This document shows, one piece after another, positions 42,224 to 51,972 of a DNA stretch of 64,000 nucleotides. This DNA comes from an uncultured virus (IMG/VR IMGVR_UViG_3300032167_000055) (lineage: Duplodnaviria; Heunggongvirae; Uroviricota; Caudoviricetes). The stretch's first letter is position 1, and each line of letters begins with the position of its first letter. The notes beneath the pieces were generated by a model, which worked only from the letters and a program-made list of their open reading frames with translations, was not told the DNA's origin and ran no database searches. Position numbers and translations under genes: made by a program. The stretch lies in the IMG/VR virus record IMGVR_UViG_3300032167_000055, one strand, 5' to 3'.

Positions 42224-43543
42224 ATGAATTTAATAAGACAAGATTATGGAGATAGATTAAAATCTTTCTCTAATGGTTCTATTGATAAAAATGATGCTTT
42301 GTTTTTGGGAAAAGTATTTTCAATACTCCCTTTCCAAGTTCAAAGAATAATTATTGAGAATAAAGACCATTTTGGATTAGATGGTAAAGTACCACTTATG
42401 AGAGATGATAATGGTCTTATTGTTGCAAATACAAAGCATATTGATGATATCAGATTAAAATGGATTAATAATCCTTTATTAAAGCCACTTCCTAGTTATA
42501 AGGAAGCTACTAATGAAGGTAAATTCATTTGGAATTTCGATACCTATCTTTCAACATTGACAATAGGTTCTATTGATAATGTGAGAGAACTGTATTACAA
42601 AATATGCTACTTCGTAAAGAAATATATCATGTTTATGTGGAATTATCATTCAAAAAAAGATTATGAAACGATATCAAGATTTTTATTAGAATCCATTTTG
42701 GAACCTTGTGTAAGAACATGTATGTTATTATATAAATACATGGGAAGTAAAGAAGAGTATACTTTAACAGAGTCATTCTTTAATTACTTCTTTAAGTTGT
42801 TAGAATACACGAGATTCTGTAAACCTATGGATTCGAATGATTTCGCATATGTGTTATCGTCACTTTACGAACTTTACAATTTTGATGTTGATCTGATTCG
42901 TGGATCTAATGACGCTGCTGATCCATTTGTTCTGTTATTTATTCATGGAAGAAATGGTGACAACAAAAATGAAAATTTAGAAATAAAAGCAAAAGATGTT
43001 ACATTAGCATTACATCTTTACAAAACAGGATTTGTAAAGAAAGTATCTGAAAATGCTATATGTACACCTTTCTTTGAAAATACTTCTGATATTGAAATTT
43101 TTACTCCCGAATTTTCGGGTAAATCTGAGTCTGATATTACAGTTTTCGGTGATTCCGGTATTTTCAGATCACTTACAGGGAATATGGAAAAATTAAAATC
43201 TGATTTACTTAGATTTAATTCAGACTCGGTTAAATCATATATTGATAAAGGGGATAATGTTAAAGTTAATTTCGTTATAGACGATCAGTTCAAGATGTAT
43301 ATTCAGGCTGAACTTGATTGTAAAATTCTGATTGCAAATATCAAGAATAATAACGAAAATAATATGTTAACTATCCTGAACTATGAAAATGATAATTTTG
43401 TTTTATTTACAGTATCTGATGATTTAGATACTTTATATGGATTATCGATTAATGAAGATTTATCTACTAAAGAGCGTAAGCTTATTACTATTGATAGAGA
43501 TGAAGATCTCACATTTCAATTTGTAGATAACTTAGATGAATAA
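42224..43543 (+). CDS. Hypothetical protein
   Basis: 439-aa ORF with AAAGGA RBS. Confidence 0.7.
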   Translation: MNLIRQDYGDRLKSFSNGSIDKNDALFLGKVFSILPFQVQRIIIENKDHFGLDGKVPLMRDDNGLIVANTKHIDDIRLKWINNPLLKPLPSYKEATNEGKFIWNFDTYLSTLTIGSIDNVRELYYKICYFVKKYIMFMWNYHSKKDYETISRFLLESILEPCVRTCMLLYKYMGSKEEYTLTESFFNYFFKLLEYTRFCKPMDSNDFAYVLSSLYELYNFDVDLIRGSNDAADPFVLLFIHGRNGDNKNENLEIKAKDVTLALHLYKTGFVKKVSENAICTPFFENTSDIEIFTPEFSGKSESDITVFGDSGIFRSLTGNMEKLKSDLLRFNSDSVKSYIDKGDNVKVNFVIDDQFKMYIQAELDCKILIANIKNNNENNMLTILNYENDNFVLFTVSDDLDTLYGLSINEDLSTKERKLITIDRDEDLTFQFVDNLDE

Positions 43544-43581
43544 AAAAAGAAGGAAGACTATTTGTATAGTCTTCCTTCATA

Positions 43582-44169
43582 TTATTTTACAGTACCTCCA
43601 AATAAATGTATGAACATTGCTAATTGATCAGCATGAATATTTTGCATATTAGCAACTGGTCTTATTGTGTCTCCAGCAATAGCGTCTTTAAAGAACACAC
43701 CAGTATATTCAGACCCTTCTAATGGATTATATATGTACATATTATTGTACAAATATTGATATATCGTAAAGAATCCAAATTTATACAATATACCTTTTAT
43801 ATCCATATTTAACATAGATGGATCAAACATCTGTTTTTCAAATAATCTAAAGACACTATCTTCACTTTCAAGTATAACAGCCTTTTCTTCATCCCATGTA
43901 CACACAATACTTACATTCATTTTCTTAGTTGGAAATTCTGGATCTTTTGTAACAAATTCTGTTTCTGTTAGTTGTTGTGATGGATGCGTTCTAGTTACGT
44001 CTTTGAACTGATCTTTCGTAAGTTCTCTTTCATAACATATAAATTTATCCATATTACGGTATTCTTTAAATCTTTCAGCAAATTCTTTACTATTCGTATA
44101 TGCATAAAGAACTGGTTCTAATCGTCTATTAACATCTTTATCTCTAAAATAAAACATGTATATTTTCAT
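43582..44169 (-). CDS. Hypothetical protein
   Basis: 195-aa ORF with GAGG RBS and upstream TATATTAT. Confidence 0.7.
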   Translation of the reverse strand: MKIYMFYFRDKDVNRRLEPVLYAYTNSKEFAERFKEYRNMDKFICYERELTKDQFKDVTRTHPSQQLTETEFVTKDPEFPTKKMNVSIVCTWDEEKAVILESEDSVFRLFEKQMFDPSMLNMDIKGILYKFGFFTIYQYLYNNMYIYNPLEGSEYTGVFFKDAIAGDTIRPVANMQNIHADQLAMFIHLFGGTVK

Positions 44170-44282
44170 TTTTATCCCTCTTTCATTATATTAAGAATTA
44201 TCTAATATAATAATATATGGATAAAAATATAATACAAGAGAAGACTTTATTGTCTTCTCTTGTATAAAAATATAACTAACCA

Positions 44283-44640
44283 TTATGCTGTGTTAGTCAA
44301 TTCAATTTTTTTATATTCCAATACAACCATTAAAACCCCAATATACACTATTACTACTTCTATTTAATAGATATAGAGTTCCTTTAAATGTACTTGTATC
44401 ATCACTGGCTAATGTAGAAGTGTCTATGGTAAATGTTTTTGTTAATATACCACCACTTTGACCATCACTATACGCTTTATCGATTAATGAAACAGTACTT
44501 CCTCCGGGTAATGTATAAGTGATTTTAAAATCACCGTAATTTGCATAATAACCATATGCTAGAGTAACTTTAGCATATTTATAATTTTTACATGGAGCTT
44601 TAAATGTAATAAGATTTCCTGATGTATTTATAGTACTTTT
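44283..44640 (-). pseudogene. 5'-truncated, frameshifted adhesin remnant related to 10107-10694
   Basis: ...YKYAKVTLAYGYYANYGD...LYLLNRSSNSVYWGFNGCIGI* then, after a 1-nt shift, KKIELTNTA*; compare YAKVKLW...NYGD...LYNRSSN...GIGVQSVVLTNTA; followed by GGTTAGTTAT. Confidence 0.75.
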
Positions 44641-44810
44641 AGTTTTTCTTTTTTACCGATATTTGGAGTAAACCCAAGTTCTTCCAATACTTTATACGCC
44701 GTATCAAAAACTTTTTTACATTCTGACTTTGAAGACTCTACAAATATTTCATCACCGAGAGAACTAAGAAAGTTTTTCTCAGAATTTGTAAAAATACTCA
44801 TGAGTTTCAT
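44628..44810 (-). pseudogene. Short, probably truncated gene abutting the adhesin remnant
   Basis: MKLMSIFTNS... with AAAGGA RBS; ends abruptly where the adhesin-like sequence begins in another frame. Confidence 0.45.
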
Positions 44811-44936
44811 TTCCTTTCTTTCAACATTAATATTTTGTTTTCTCGATATTTTCGGAGTAAAAATATGGTATACTATATAGTATACCATATTTTTTATTCT
44901 GTAATTAACTTTTCAGTCATGGATCATCTAGATAGA

Positions 44937-46817
44937 TTATGAGACAATGTCAATATAAGTATATTCAATCCACCATTTTGTTGTAGTTGAATACTCAGTA
45001 CCATTCAAATAGGCATATGCTAAAGATATATTAAAACTTTGATCTATATCCCAATATACAGCTCCACCATTAGAATCAGAAACCCCCATATTTTGAAAAT
45101 ATCCTGCTCTTATTCTTGAAACGTCAGATTTCCTTGGTATTTCCGTTGATACTACAATAGTAGTACTTCCATTTATCTGGGCAAATACTTGCATAGAAAG
45201 TATAACTCCACCAACACCAATCAACCCAGCTATTTCATTTGTACTAACTTTTCCAGTCTTAGTACTACCAACAACATGTTTTATCGTGTTGTCACTCACT
45301 AATACTCCAGCTTCTCCAGGTAATTTTAAAGTATAATTATCTCTTCTATTAACTGTTGGTATAATATCAGCATAACCGCCCCACTTATTATAAAGACGCA
45401 ATCTACCAGTAGAATTTCCAGCTGTTCCTGACGAAGTAGCATTACCAACCATTAGATATGCTATTCCTTCTGCAGATGTTGTACCTACATTAGAAACTGC
45501 AAAACTTCCGCAATTAGATGATGTATTTGTACCATCATATATATACATGGTTTTAACAAATGAATTTGTCCATACTCTTGTTGTCGAACCTAATGAATAT
45601 GATACATTAGCACTAGGTGTTACATTTCTACTTGTTAATGTACCAGTTAATGTTCCACCTGATAAAGGTAAATAACTACTCATATTACTATTTAGTGTAT
45701 CAATCTGATTTTGCAACAAATAGCCCTGGTTTGCTGTAAGCGCCTTATTGGTTACTCCGTTAGCACTTGCAGAAGCACAACTATCTATCAACCAACCAGA
45801 AAGTGTACCAACTTTTGCAGCAGTTCCGGTATAGTTTGTACCGTTAATGTAGTTAGAAGTTGAACTTCCTAAATAACATGTACCGGTAAGTAAAGAGCTG
45901 GAAGTAAGTCTTCCTGCAGTTGTATCAAGGTAAACACCAGTATCAAATACCTGAGTACCAGTATTTGTTGTTGCAGAAGTAGTACCTGTAATATAAGCTT
46001 TAGCTGTAGTATTCAAGGTATTTGTAACTTTTGTATCAGAGTTAGCATCACTTGTCAATGTAAGAGTAACGTTTTTAATTGCTGTTACACGACCATATGC
46101 ATCTACTGTTACATAAGGCACAGTGAATGATCCTGAATCTGCTACAGTTGCATCTGCAGAAGATCCATATGAACCTGCTGTTGCGCCAGATGTAGCAAGT
46201 CTTTCAGCTGCTAATGTACCACTTTTAACATTACTTGCATTTAAGTTTGTTAATGCAGAACCATTACCAGAGAATGATGTTGCAACTAACTGACCTGATG
46301 TTGTACTTACATAAACACCAGTATCAAAATATTCAGCAGAAGGCATTCCTGCTGCATTATTAGGAGTACCAAGTAAGTAGAACTTAGTGGTATTCTTATT
46401 TTCAACATATGCAGGATTTACACCTGCAACTACGAGGTAATTAGTACCATCGTAAACGAACTCAACAGAAGCGCCAGCACGAATAACGTTAGCCTTTAAA
46501 GCTGCACCTTCGTAATGAATTGCCTTTGCACCTGTACTATTTACGTTCAATGTAGCACTTGCTACAGTAATAGCATTTGTAAATTTAACGGTAACATGAG
46601 CACCTGCCTTAAGAACAAAACCTGTTGCAGAAGCTACTTTTGCAGCTGTTGCAGCGGCTGTAGAACAAGTACCGTAGAACATTACCTTTCCTTCAATTGT
46701 AACGCCGGATGTCGAACTTGTGTGGACATCGGCGAGTGTATTCTTTGGATATAATATATCCTGATTACCGCTTGAATCAATGCGGGTCATCTCAATATGT
46801 TTTCTTGTAGTCGCCAT
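44937..46817 (-). CDS. Complete tail fibre / receptor-binding protein (putative expression locus)
   Basis: 626 aa, Thr/Ser/Gly-rich; 'ILYPKNT', 'YGTCSTAAATAAKV', 'ALTANQGYLLQNQIDTLNSN'; AGGAGG RBS and late promoter motif. Confidence 0.88.
   Translation of the reverse strand: MATTRKHIEMTRIDSSGNQDILYPKNTLADVHTSSTSGVTIEGKVMFYGTCSTAAATAAKVASATGFVLKAGAHVTVKFTNAITVASATLNVNSTGAKAIHYEGAALKANVIRAGASVEFVYDGTNYLVVAGVNPAYVENKNTTKFYLLGTPNNAAGMPSAEYFDTGVYVSTTSGQLVATSFSGNGSALTNLNASNVKSGTLAAERLATSGATAGSYGSSADATVADSGSFTVPYVTVDAYGRVTAIKNVTLTLTSDANSDTKVTNTLNTTAKAYITGTTSATTNTGTQVFDTGVYLDTTAGRLTSSSLLTGTCYLGSSTSNYINGTNYTGTAAKVGTLSGWLIDSCASASANGVTNKALTANQGYLLQNQIDTLNSNMSSYLPLSGGTLTGTLTSRNVTPSANVSYSLGSTTRVWTNSFVKTMYIYDGTNTSSNCGSFAVSNVGTTSAEGIAYLMVGNATSSGTAGNSTGRLRLYNKWGGYADIIPTVNRRDNYTLKLPGEAGVLVSDNTIKHVVGSTKTGKVSTNEIAGLIGVGGVILSMQVFAQINGSTTIVVSTEIPRKSDVSRIRAGYFQNMGVSDSNGGAVYWDIDQSFNISLAYAYLNGTEYSTTTKWWIEYTYIDIVS
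45685..45695 (-). repeat. 11-bp core CTAAATAGTAA inside the complete fibre gene
   Basis: Identical to the last 11 bp of the 80-bp element, same reading frame (L375-N-S-N). Confidence 0.85.
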
Positions 46818-46894
46818 ATCTCGAGCGCCTCCTTTTCTATTATTCTTTCATGAAAAAATAATTGAGACCCATAGATTTCTCTATGGTAATTACT

Positions 46895-46906
46895 TAGTAG
46901 AATGTT
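46895..46906 (-). promoter_or_regulatory. Late promoter-like motif AACA-N6-TA
   Basis: AACA-TTCTAC-TA; the same spacing occurs upstream of many structural genes (starts at 3072, 9976, 18424, 20668, 34683, 48197, 51304, 58181, 60895); matches the AR9 late consensus. Confidence 0.7.
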
Positions 46907-47009
46907 TTTATATTAGAAAGCTGTGTAGATGTGTAAAAAAATCTCTGAAATCCTTATATTTTCGATGATATATTATTATCATGAATATTCTAAGGAAGGA
47001 GGTTTTAAC

Positions 47010-47180
47010 ATGAGTTATATTGATAACTTGAGAAAGTTATACAACGAAATGAAACTAGCAAACGGTTTTGATACCGATGCTAGTTTCATGACAGCTTGGC
47101 AGTCTGATCCAAACAGATATGCCAACATTTTCTCAGTTAGAATGGCTTTGATTCAGGCATTGTCTGATCAGTTGTTCTAA
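47010..47180 (+). CDS. 56-aa hypothetical protein divergent from the fibre gene
   Basis: ATG after AGGAGG; upstream TATATTAT; downstream terminator hairpin. Confidence 0.65.
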   Translation: MSYIDNLRKLYNEMKLANGFDTDASFMTAWQSDPNRYANIFSVRMALIQALSDQLF

Positions 47181-47328
47181 CTAGAAAACAAGAGGTCAAA
47201 ATGCTCATACAAGCCAATCTTGGAATATTCAAGTAAGGGTAGCTGTAACTACCCTTACTTTTTTTGTTATTTTATCGATTAAATATAATTTTTTTTAAGT
47301 TACTTAACTTTTTGGGTTTTGTTTAGAA

Positions 47329-47346
47329 TACTTAACTAAATTCCGT
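47329..47346 (-). repeat. Isolated 18-bp left arm of the 80-bp element
   Basis: ACGGAATTTAGTTAAGTA exact match, same orientation as the fibre gene, separated from the 11-bp core by 1633 bp. Confidence 0.85.
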
Positions 47347-47372
47347 GACCACATGACTTCAATAGTCTGATA

Positions 47373-47798
47373 CTACACAACCAAAGATTTAATTCTTTCA
47401 ATTGCTTCATCAGGTGTGTGACCATCCCATTCCGGAGCATTTTCAAGTTCCTTTACATCAAATAAATCAAAATAAGGATCTACATCATAATGATATGTTG
47501 CTTGCCCATTAGGTGTTTCAATTCCTACAATGAACATACCATCATACATCTTACCATCATGATGCATTAATGATTTCCATGCTTTATCTTTAAACATATT
47601 ACAGATAACAGAAAATAATATTGCTCTATGGTGATATAATTCATTAAAAGTATGGTATCCATCACTCATATCACCAATTCCTGTATCTGGTATTCTTTTA
47701 AATTCTGCTAATACAGAACATCCTTCTTGTTCTTTTCTCATAACTTTAAATCCTTTAGCACCAGGATTAAAGTTTTTAATTATAATTGTATTGTCCAT
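47373..47798 (-). CDS. Conserved phage protein with a WDGH motif
   Basis: 'SDGYHTFNELYHHR...GQATYHY...APEWDGHT'. Confidence 0.7.
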   Translation of the reverse strand: MDNTIIIKNFNPGAKGFKVMRKEQEGCSVLAEFKRIPDTGIGDMSDGYHTFNELYHHRAILFSVICNMFKDKAWKSLMHHDGKMYDGMFIVGIETPNGQATYHYDVDPYFDLFDVKELENAPEWDGHTPDEAIERIKSLVV

Positions 47799-47799
47799 A

Positions 47800-48093
47800 T
47801 TATTTTTCCTGCATCTTTCGTCTAAACATTTCCTGCAATCTCTCTTGAGGATGAGTCTCGTAATATTTAATTTCTTCAAGGGTTTGCTCAACATATTTAA
47901 GAGCATTTGCATATTTTGGAGAAGAACTTACCTCTTCTCTATATTTATTAATTTCTTCTCTTGTGATTATTTCTTTATCGACTAAAATTCTAAGCAATGC
48001 CTGCACATCAATTCCTGTCTTTAAAATAATCTGTTTGCTTTCAAGATCGCTTTTAGCAGCATCTAAATCTGAAAATTGGTTTGAATTTAACAT
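47800..48093 (-). CDS. Hypothetical protein
   Basis: 97-aa ORF with AGGAG RBS. Confidence 0.65.
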   Translation of the reverse strand: MLNSNQFSDLDAAKSDLESKQIILKTGIDVQALLRILVDKEIITREEINKYREEVSSSPKYANALKYVEQTLEEIKYYETHPQERLQEMFRRKMQEK

Positions 48094-48196
48094 AATTACA
48101 CTCCTTTCTTATAAATAAGTTGTTTCTATAGTTTATTTTGAGGTATTTTAAGGCTCGAAACAAATTATTAATAAACTTTATAGAAAGGAAATAACT

Positions 48197-49717
48197 ATGG
48201 CTAATTATGAAGCATTATTAAATATAGTTACTAACTATAAGAACTCTGATGTAGTAGAAGAATCTGTTCGTGGTAAAATTGGTTCTAAAGTAAGAGAACT
48301 TAAAGATAGATTAAGTATTGAAAAAGACTGGATACCTACAACAAAAGCTACAAAAACTTATGAAGAAAAAGATTTGGATGAAGATAAATTTCATGAAATT
48401 TCAAAAGCATTGCATGATATGAGAGCTTCATCCACGTTTACTGAATATAAAATTTATTATAATAAACTGTGTAAACTTACAGGTATACCTAAAAATGATG
48501 TAGTTATCGTTCAATATAAATTGAATAAAGATAAAGAGCATAATTCTGTAGAAATTCTTTATGGCGTTGCTCCTAAAAAGATTACTATTCCTAATGGTAG
48601 TATTTTATATCATACATCAACCAATGATTCTATTAAATCTTTAAATCCTCAATTTAAAGGTAAATCTGCTAAAAGTTATATGTATTCAGATCAAAGAGTG
48701 TATTTTACTTTGAGAAAAGAAATGCCAAAATTTGCAGCAGATATTAAACAAAATGAGAAAACCACTACTTATGTATGTACTGAAAATATAAAGACTGCAT
48801 ATTTAGATCCTTTAGTTCCAACATATACAATGGGTGCTGTTTATGTTGTTACATCATCTCCTATTAAAGTAGAGAAAATTCAGGACATATTGAAAAAATC
48901 TGATGATTTAGTACAAGAATATGTTGATTATGATTTAGGACCAGAATTTGATAATCTTGAAGATTTTATGGAATATTACGGTCTTAAATTTGTTGAAGAT
49001 GATGAAGTATATCAGGAAGGAATTAAAGAAAAAATAGGAGAAATTACAAGATCTATTTCAGGAACTAAATTTTTAAAGGATACTTGGAAAAAAGCAAGTG
49101 AAAATCTTAAAGATGAAATTTCTGAAAAGGATATTTCTAATAAGGACAAGAAAGAAATAAGATCTAATTATGACATTGCTAAAAATAGTAATAATTATAC
49201 TATTTACAAGAAAGCATTTAATTGGATTTGTAAGTTTTTTGGTATTGGAAAAAATTCTATTATCAAAAAAATTACTGTTGACGGTGATAAAGCTATATGC
49301 GATTACACTGAAGCTGAACCAAGAAAAATAACAATTCCTAATGAAACAATGCTTCTTCATGTTTCACCTAAAAAAGGAATAAAAGAATTGATTCCATCTT
49401 TTAAAGGAAAACGTGAAGGCAGTAAATTATACCCTACAAAAAGAGTATATTTTACTCTTAGTAAAGATTACAGAGGTGAGGATGTTCCAGAATCTGATCT
49501 GTCACGATATACTCCAAAAGAAAATATAAGAACTGCATTTATTGATCCTACATGTAAATCATTCAATGCTGGATCTATTTATGTAGATACAAGCCTTCCT
49601 ATTCCAGTAGAAGAAATTAAATCAACAACTACAACTGAATCTGCTTTAAAAGAATCATTTATTAATAATGAATTATCATTAGATGAATTCACATTATTAT
49701 CAGATTCAATAAAATAA
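48197..49717 (+). CDS. Putative virion protein with two tandem ADP-ribosyltransferase-like repeats
   Basis: Internal duplication 'KITIPN..L(Y/L)H.S...IK.L.P.FKG.....RVYFTL...Y...ENI.TA..DP'; late promoter motif. Confidence 0.55.
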   Translation: MANYEALLNIVTNYKNSDVVEESVRGKIGSKVRELKDRLSIEKDWIPTTKATKTYEEKDLDEDKFHEISKALHDMRASSTFTEYKIYYNKLCKLTGIPKNDVVIVQYKLNKDKEHNSVEILYGVAPKKITIPNGSILYHTSTNDSIKSLNPQFKGKSAKSYMYSDQRVYFTLRKEMPKFAADIKQNEKTTTYVCTENIKTAYLDPLVPTYTMGAVYVVTSSPIKVEKIQDILKKSDDLVQEYVDYDLGPEFDNLEDFMEYYGLKFVEDDEVYQEGIKEKIGEITRSISGTKFLKDTWKKASENLKDEISEKDISNKDKKEIRSNYDIAKNSNNYTIYKKAFNWICKFFGIGKNSIIKKITVDGDKAICDYTEAEPRKITIPNETMLLHVSPKKGIKELIPSFKGKREGSKLYPTKRVYFTLSKDYRGEDVPESDLSRYTPKENIRTAFIDPTCKSFNAGSIYVDTSLPIPVEEIKSTTTTESALKESFINNELSLDEFTLLSDSIK

Positions 49718-49759
49718 AATAATTATCACCTTACTCCGATTTGGAGTAAGGTGATATAT

Positions 49760-51304
49760 TTAATTCATAGCATATTCCTTAGCTAAGCTGTCAATATCTG
49801 CAAGTTTAAAACTTTCAAGATATAACGCTTTAGAAAGACTAAGTAAAGTATACTCTGTTACTGCAGCATCAAATGCTGCTTCCTTAACAGCAACTTTTTC
49901 ATATGTCTTAATCATCTGCTTCATAGCACTAACTACAGAATCTACAAATGTAATCGCAACCATGTAGTATGCCAAATCTGCAAGATAATACTGAACACCA
50001 AGATCATAAACAGTCTTGACATCCTTAGGATTTTCACATTTGTTAGCTTTAGCACTGATGTATGCAGATGCTTTGTTAACGTATGATTTAACATCAGGCT
50101 TTTCAAAATAACTGTCAAGAGCATCTACTGCTTTCATCATTTCATCTATAGCATCTTTTGCAGGATAACTCTTCTTAGATGTAGGAACGCTAAACGCTAC
50201 ATACTTCTTCTCATTCATGAGATTCTTCATGTTATCTTTATAGGATACAGATGCATCTTTAACATCAGAAAGAATGGGACCATTGACAGTAATGTTATCA
50301 ACATGAGGATCTGCTAAAATTTCTTTAGCAGTCTTTGCTAATTTCTTAAAGTCAACCGGACTAATCTTGCTGCGGTAATCAGAGTAGACAGTTTTGTACC
50401 ATTCTTCGATATTTGCAAGGAAATTTGAATGATTCTTTGCAATAGTTTCTTTTGCATCAGCCTCTGATTTAGCCTTGAATGCGTTTTTAAGTTTATCAAT
50501 TACACCTTCAGTAACATATCCGGCTTCATAAGTAACATCTGTGATGACAGATTCTGTCATATTCATAGAATTAAACTTATTAACCATAACAGCTTCAAAT
50601 AATGAAGGTGTATAGATAGAAGTAGTCTTACCGATTCCTCTTTCTCTTAAAGCTTCTTCAAGAGCAGCTTCTGTAGTGATAGATTCATCGTTAGTAAGTT
50701 CTTCTTCAAGAGCTAAACGCTCTTCTTTTTCTTTTTTCGCAAGTTCTACTTCAGAGATTGCAGTTTCTCTTACGTTATCTTTGATAACTTCTGCAAGATC
50801 ATCAAGATTATTATCACGAATGACTGCAACGAGTTTGTCATCAATCTCAGGAGTTATTTCAAACTTGTAATCATCTTCGGTAATTGTATCAGGATTGAGA
50901 GATTTGTCTGTGTATTGCTCTCTTACGATACGCTCTACAGATTCAAATACGTTCTTAATCACTGATGTGTTCTTAGGGTTACGTCTGATTGCTTCTTTTA
51001 CATAGAACTCTAAGTCTTTTCCACCGGTTCTTCTGGAAACATAGTCTGCTACTACTTTATCCAAATCGGGAGTAGAAGCTACTCGTCCGTTAACCTCGGG
51101 AACTGCATCTTTGCAGATTTTAGCTAATATAGAATTCATACAAGCATTGACACCCTGTTGTTTAGTCTCGTTCAAACGACGGAGTTTCACAACCGGATCA
51201 TCATTGATCTTGTTGATAGATTCGTCTAAAGAACGCTGCTTATTAACTTCGTCAATGAAATTGATTACGGAGTTATTCATTAAAGGATCCATAGTCTTTA
51301 TCAT
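49760..51304 (-). CDS. Putative virion protein
   Basis: 514-aa ORF; upstream AACA-TTATAC-TA. Confidence 0.7.
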   Translation of the reverse strand: MIKTMDPLMNNSVINFIDEVNKQRSLDESINKINDDPVVKLRRLNETKQQGVNACMNSILAKICKDAVPEVNGRVASTPDLDKVVADYVSRRTGGKDLEFYVKEAIRRNPKNTSVIKNVFESVERIVREQYTDKSLNPDTITEDDYKFEITPEIDDKLVAVIRDNNLDDLAEVIKDNVRETAISEVELAKKEKEERLALEEELTNDESITTEAALEEALRERGIGKTTSIYTPSLFEAVMVNKFNSMNMTESVITDVTYEAGYVTEGVIDKLKNAFKAKSEADAKETIAKNHSNFLANIEEWYKTVYSDYRSKISPVDFKKLAKTAKEILADPHVDNITVNGPILSDVKDASVSYKDNMKNLMNEKKYVAFSVPTSKKSYPAKDAIDEMMKAVDALDSYFEKPDVKSYVNKASAYISAKANKCENPKDVKTVYDLGVQYYLADLAYYMVAITFVDSVVSAMKQMIKTYEKVAVKEAAFDAAVTEYTLLSLSKALYLESFKLADIDSLAKEYAMN

Positions 51305-51399
51305 CCTTTCGTTTTAATAGTTTAGTATAATGTTTTTATTTGTAGTATTTATGTGGAAAAATAAATGAGAATGAAGATATCTTCATTCTCATTTATTTA

Positions 51400-51687
51400 T
51401 TATACTGAATTTAACTCAAATAAATATATTACACAACTGCACTGTTGAGATGATCCGTATAAATTATATAATGTAACTGTTACTGAAGTTGCCGATGTAT
51501 TAGATATAGTAACTGAACATAAAAAAGTTGAAGAAATAAATGCATGTGGACTTTTTGTATAATTATATGAAGACAAATCTAGGGTGATTATTTCATAAGC
51601 GTTTACCGCAATAGGATTTGTACTTTTAACTGAAAATGATCTAAAATTTCTAAAAACAATTCCCGATTTATCCACCTTACTATTTAG
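51400..51687 (-). other. Silent tail-fibre cassette 5
   Basis: LNSKVDKSGIVF...YTKSPHAFIS...SVTVTLYN...; frame opens at the element core. Confidence 0.8.
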
Positions 51688-51756
51688 CTAAATAAAGAAT
51701 CTGTAAGTCCCGAGAAATATCGAGACTTACAGAAATTTTACTTAACTAAATTCCGT
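51677..51756 (-). repeat. 80-bp hairpin element, copy 5
   Basis: Near-identical to the other copies. Confidence 0.95.
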
Positions 51757-51779
51757 CCCCACACTCCAAAAAATCATAC

Positions 51780-51914
51780 AAAAAGAACGGAGCTGGTGAG
51801 AGTAGGTAGCCAAATCCTACTCTCACCAGAACAAAAGTTATTACATGCAAGTTTACCTCTAAATAATGAGTAATCTGCTCTATTATTGGAATTTTCATAT
51901 GGATATTATCCATT
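51780..51914 (-). ncRNA. Candidate late small RNA A
   Basis: AACA-AATCTT-TA promoter motif, 5' hairpin ATGGATA-A-TATCCAT, strong 3' hairpin CTGGTGAGAGTAGG/CCTACTCTCACCAG. Confidence 0.4.
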
Positions 51915-51972
51915 AAAGATTTGTTATACTAATAAAAAAATAAAGGGATCCAAAAGATCCCTTTATTTCGTC

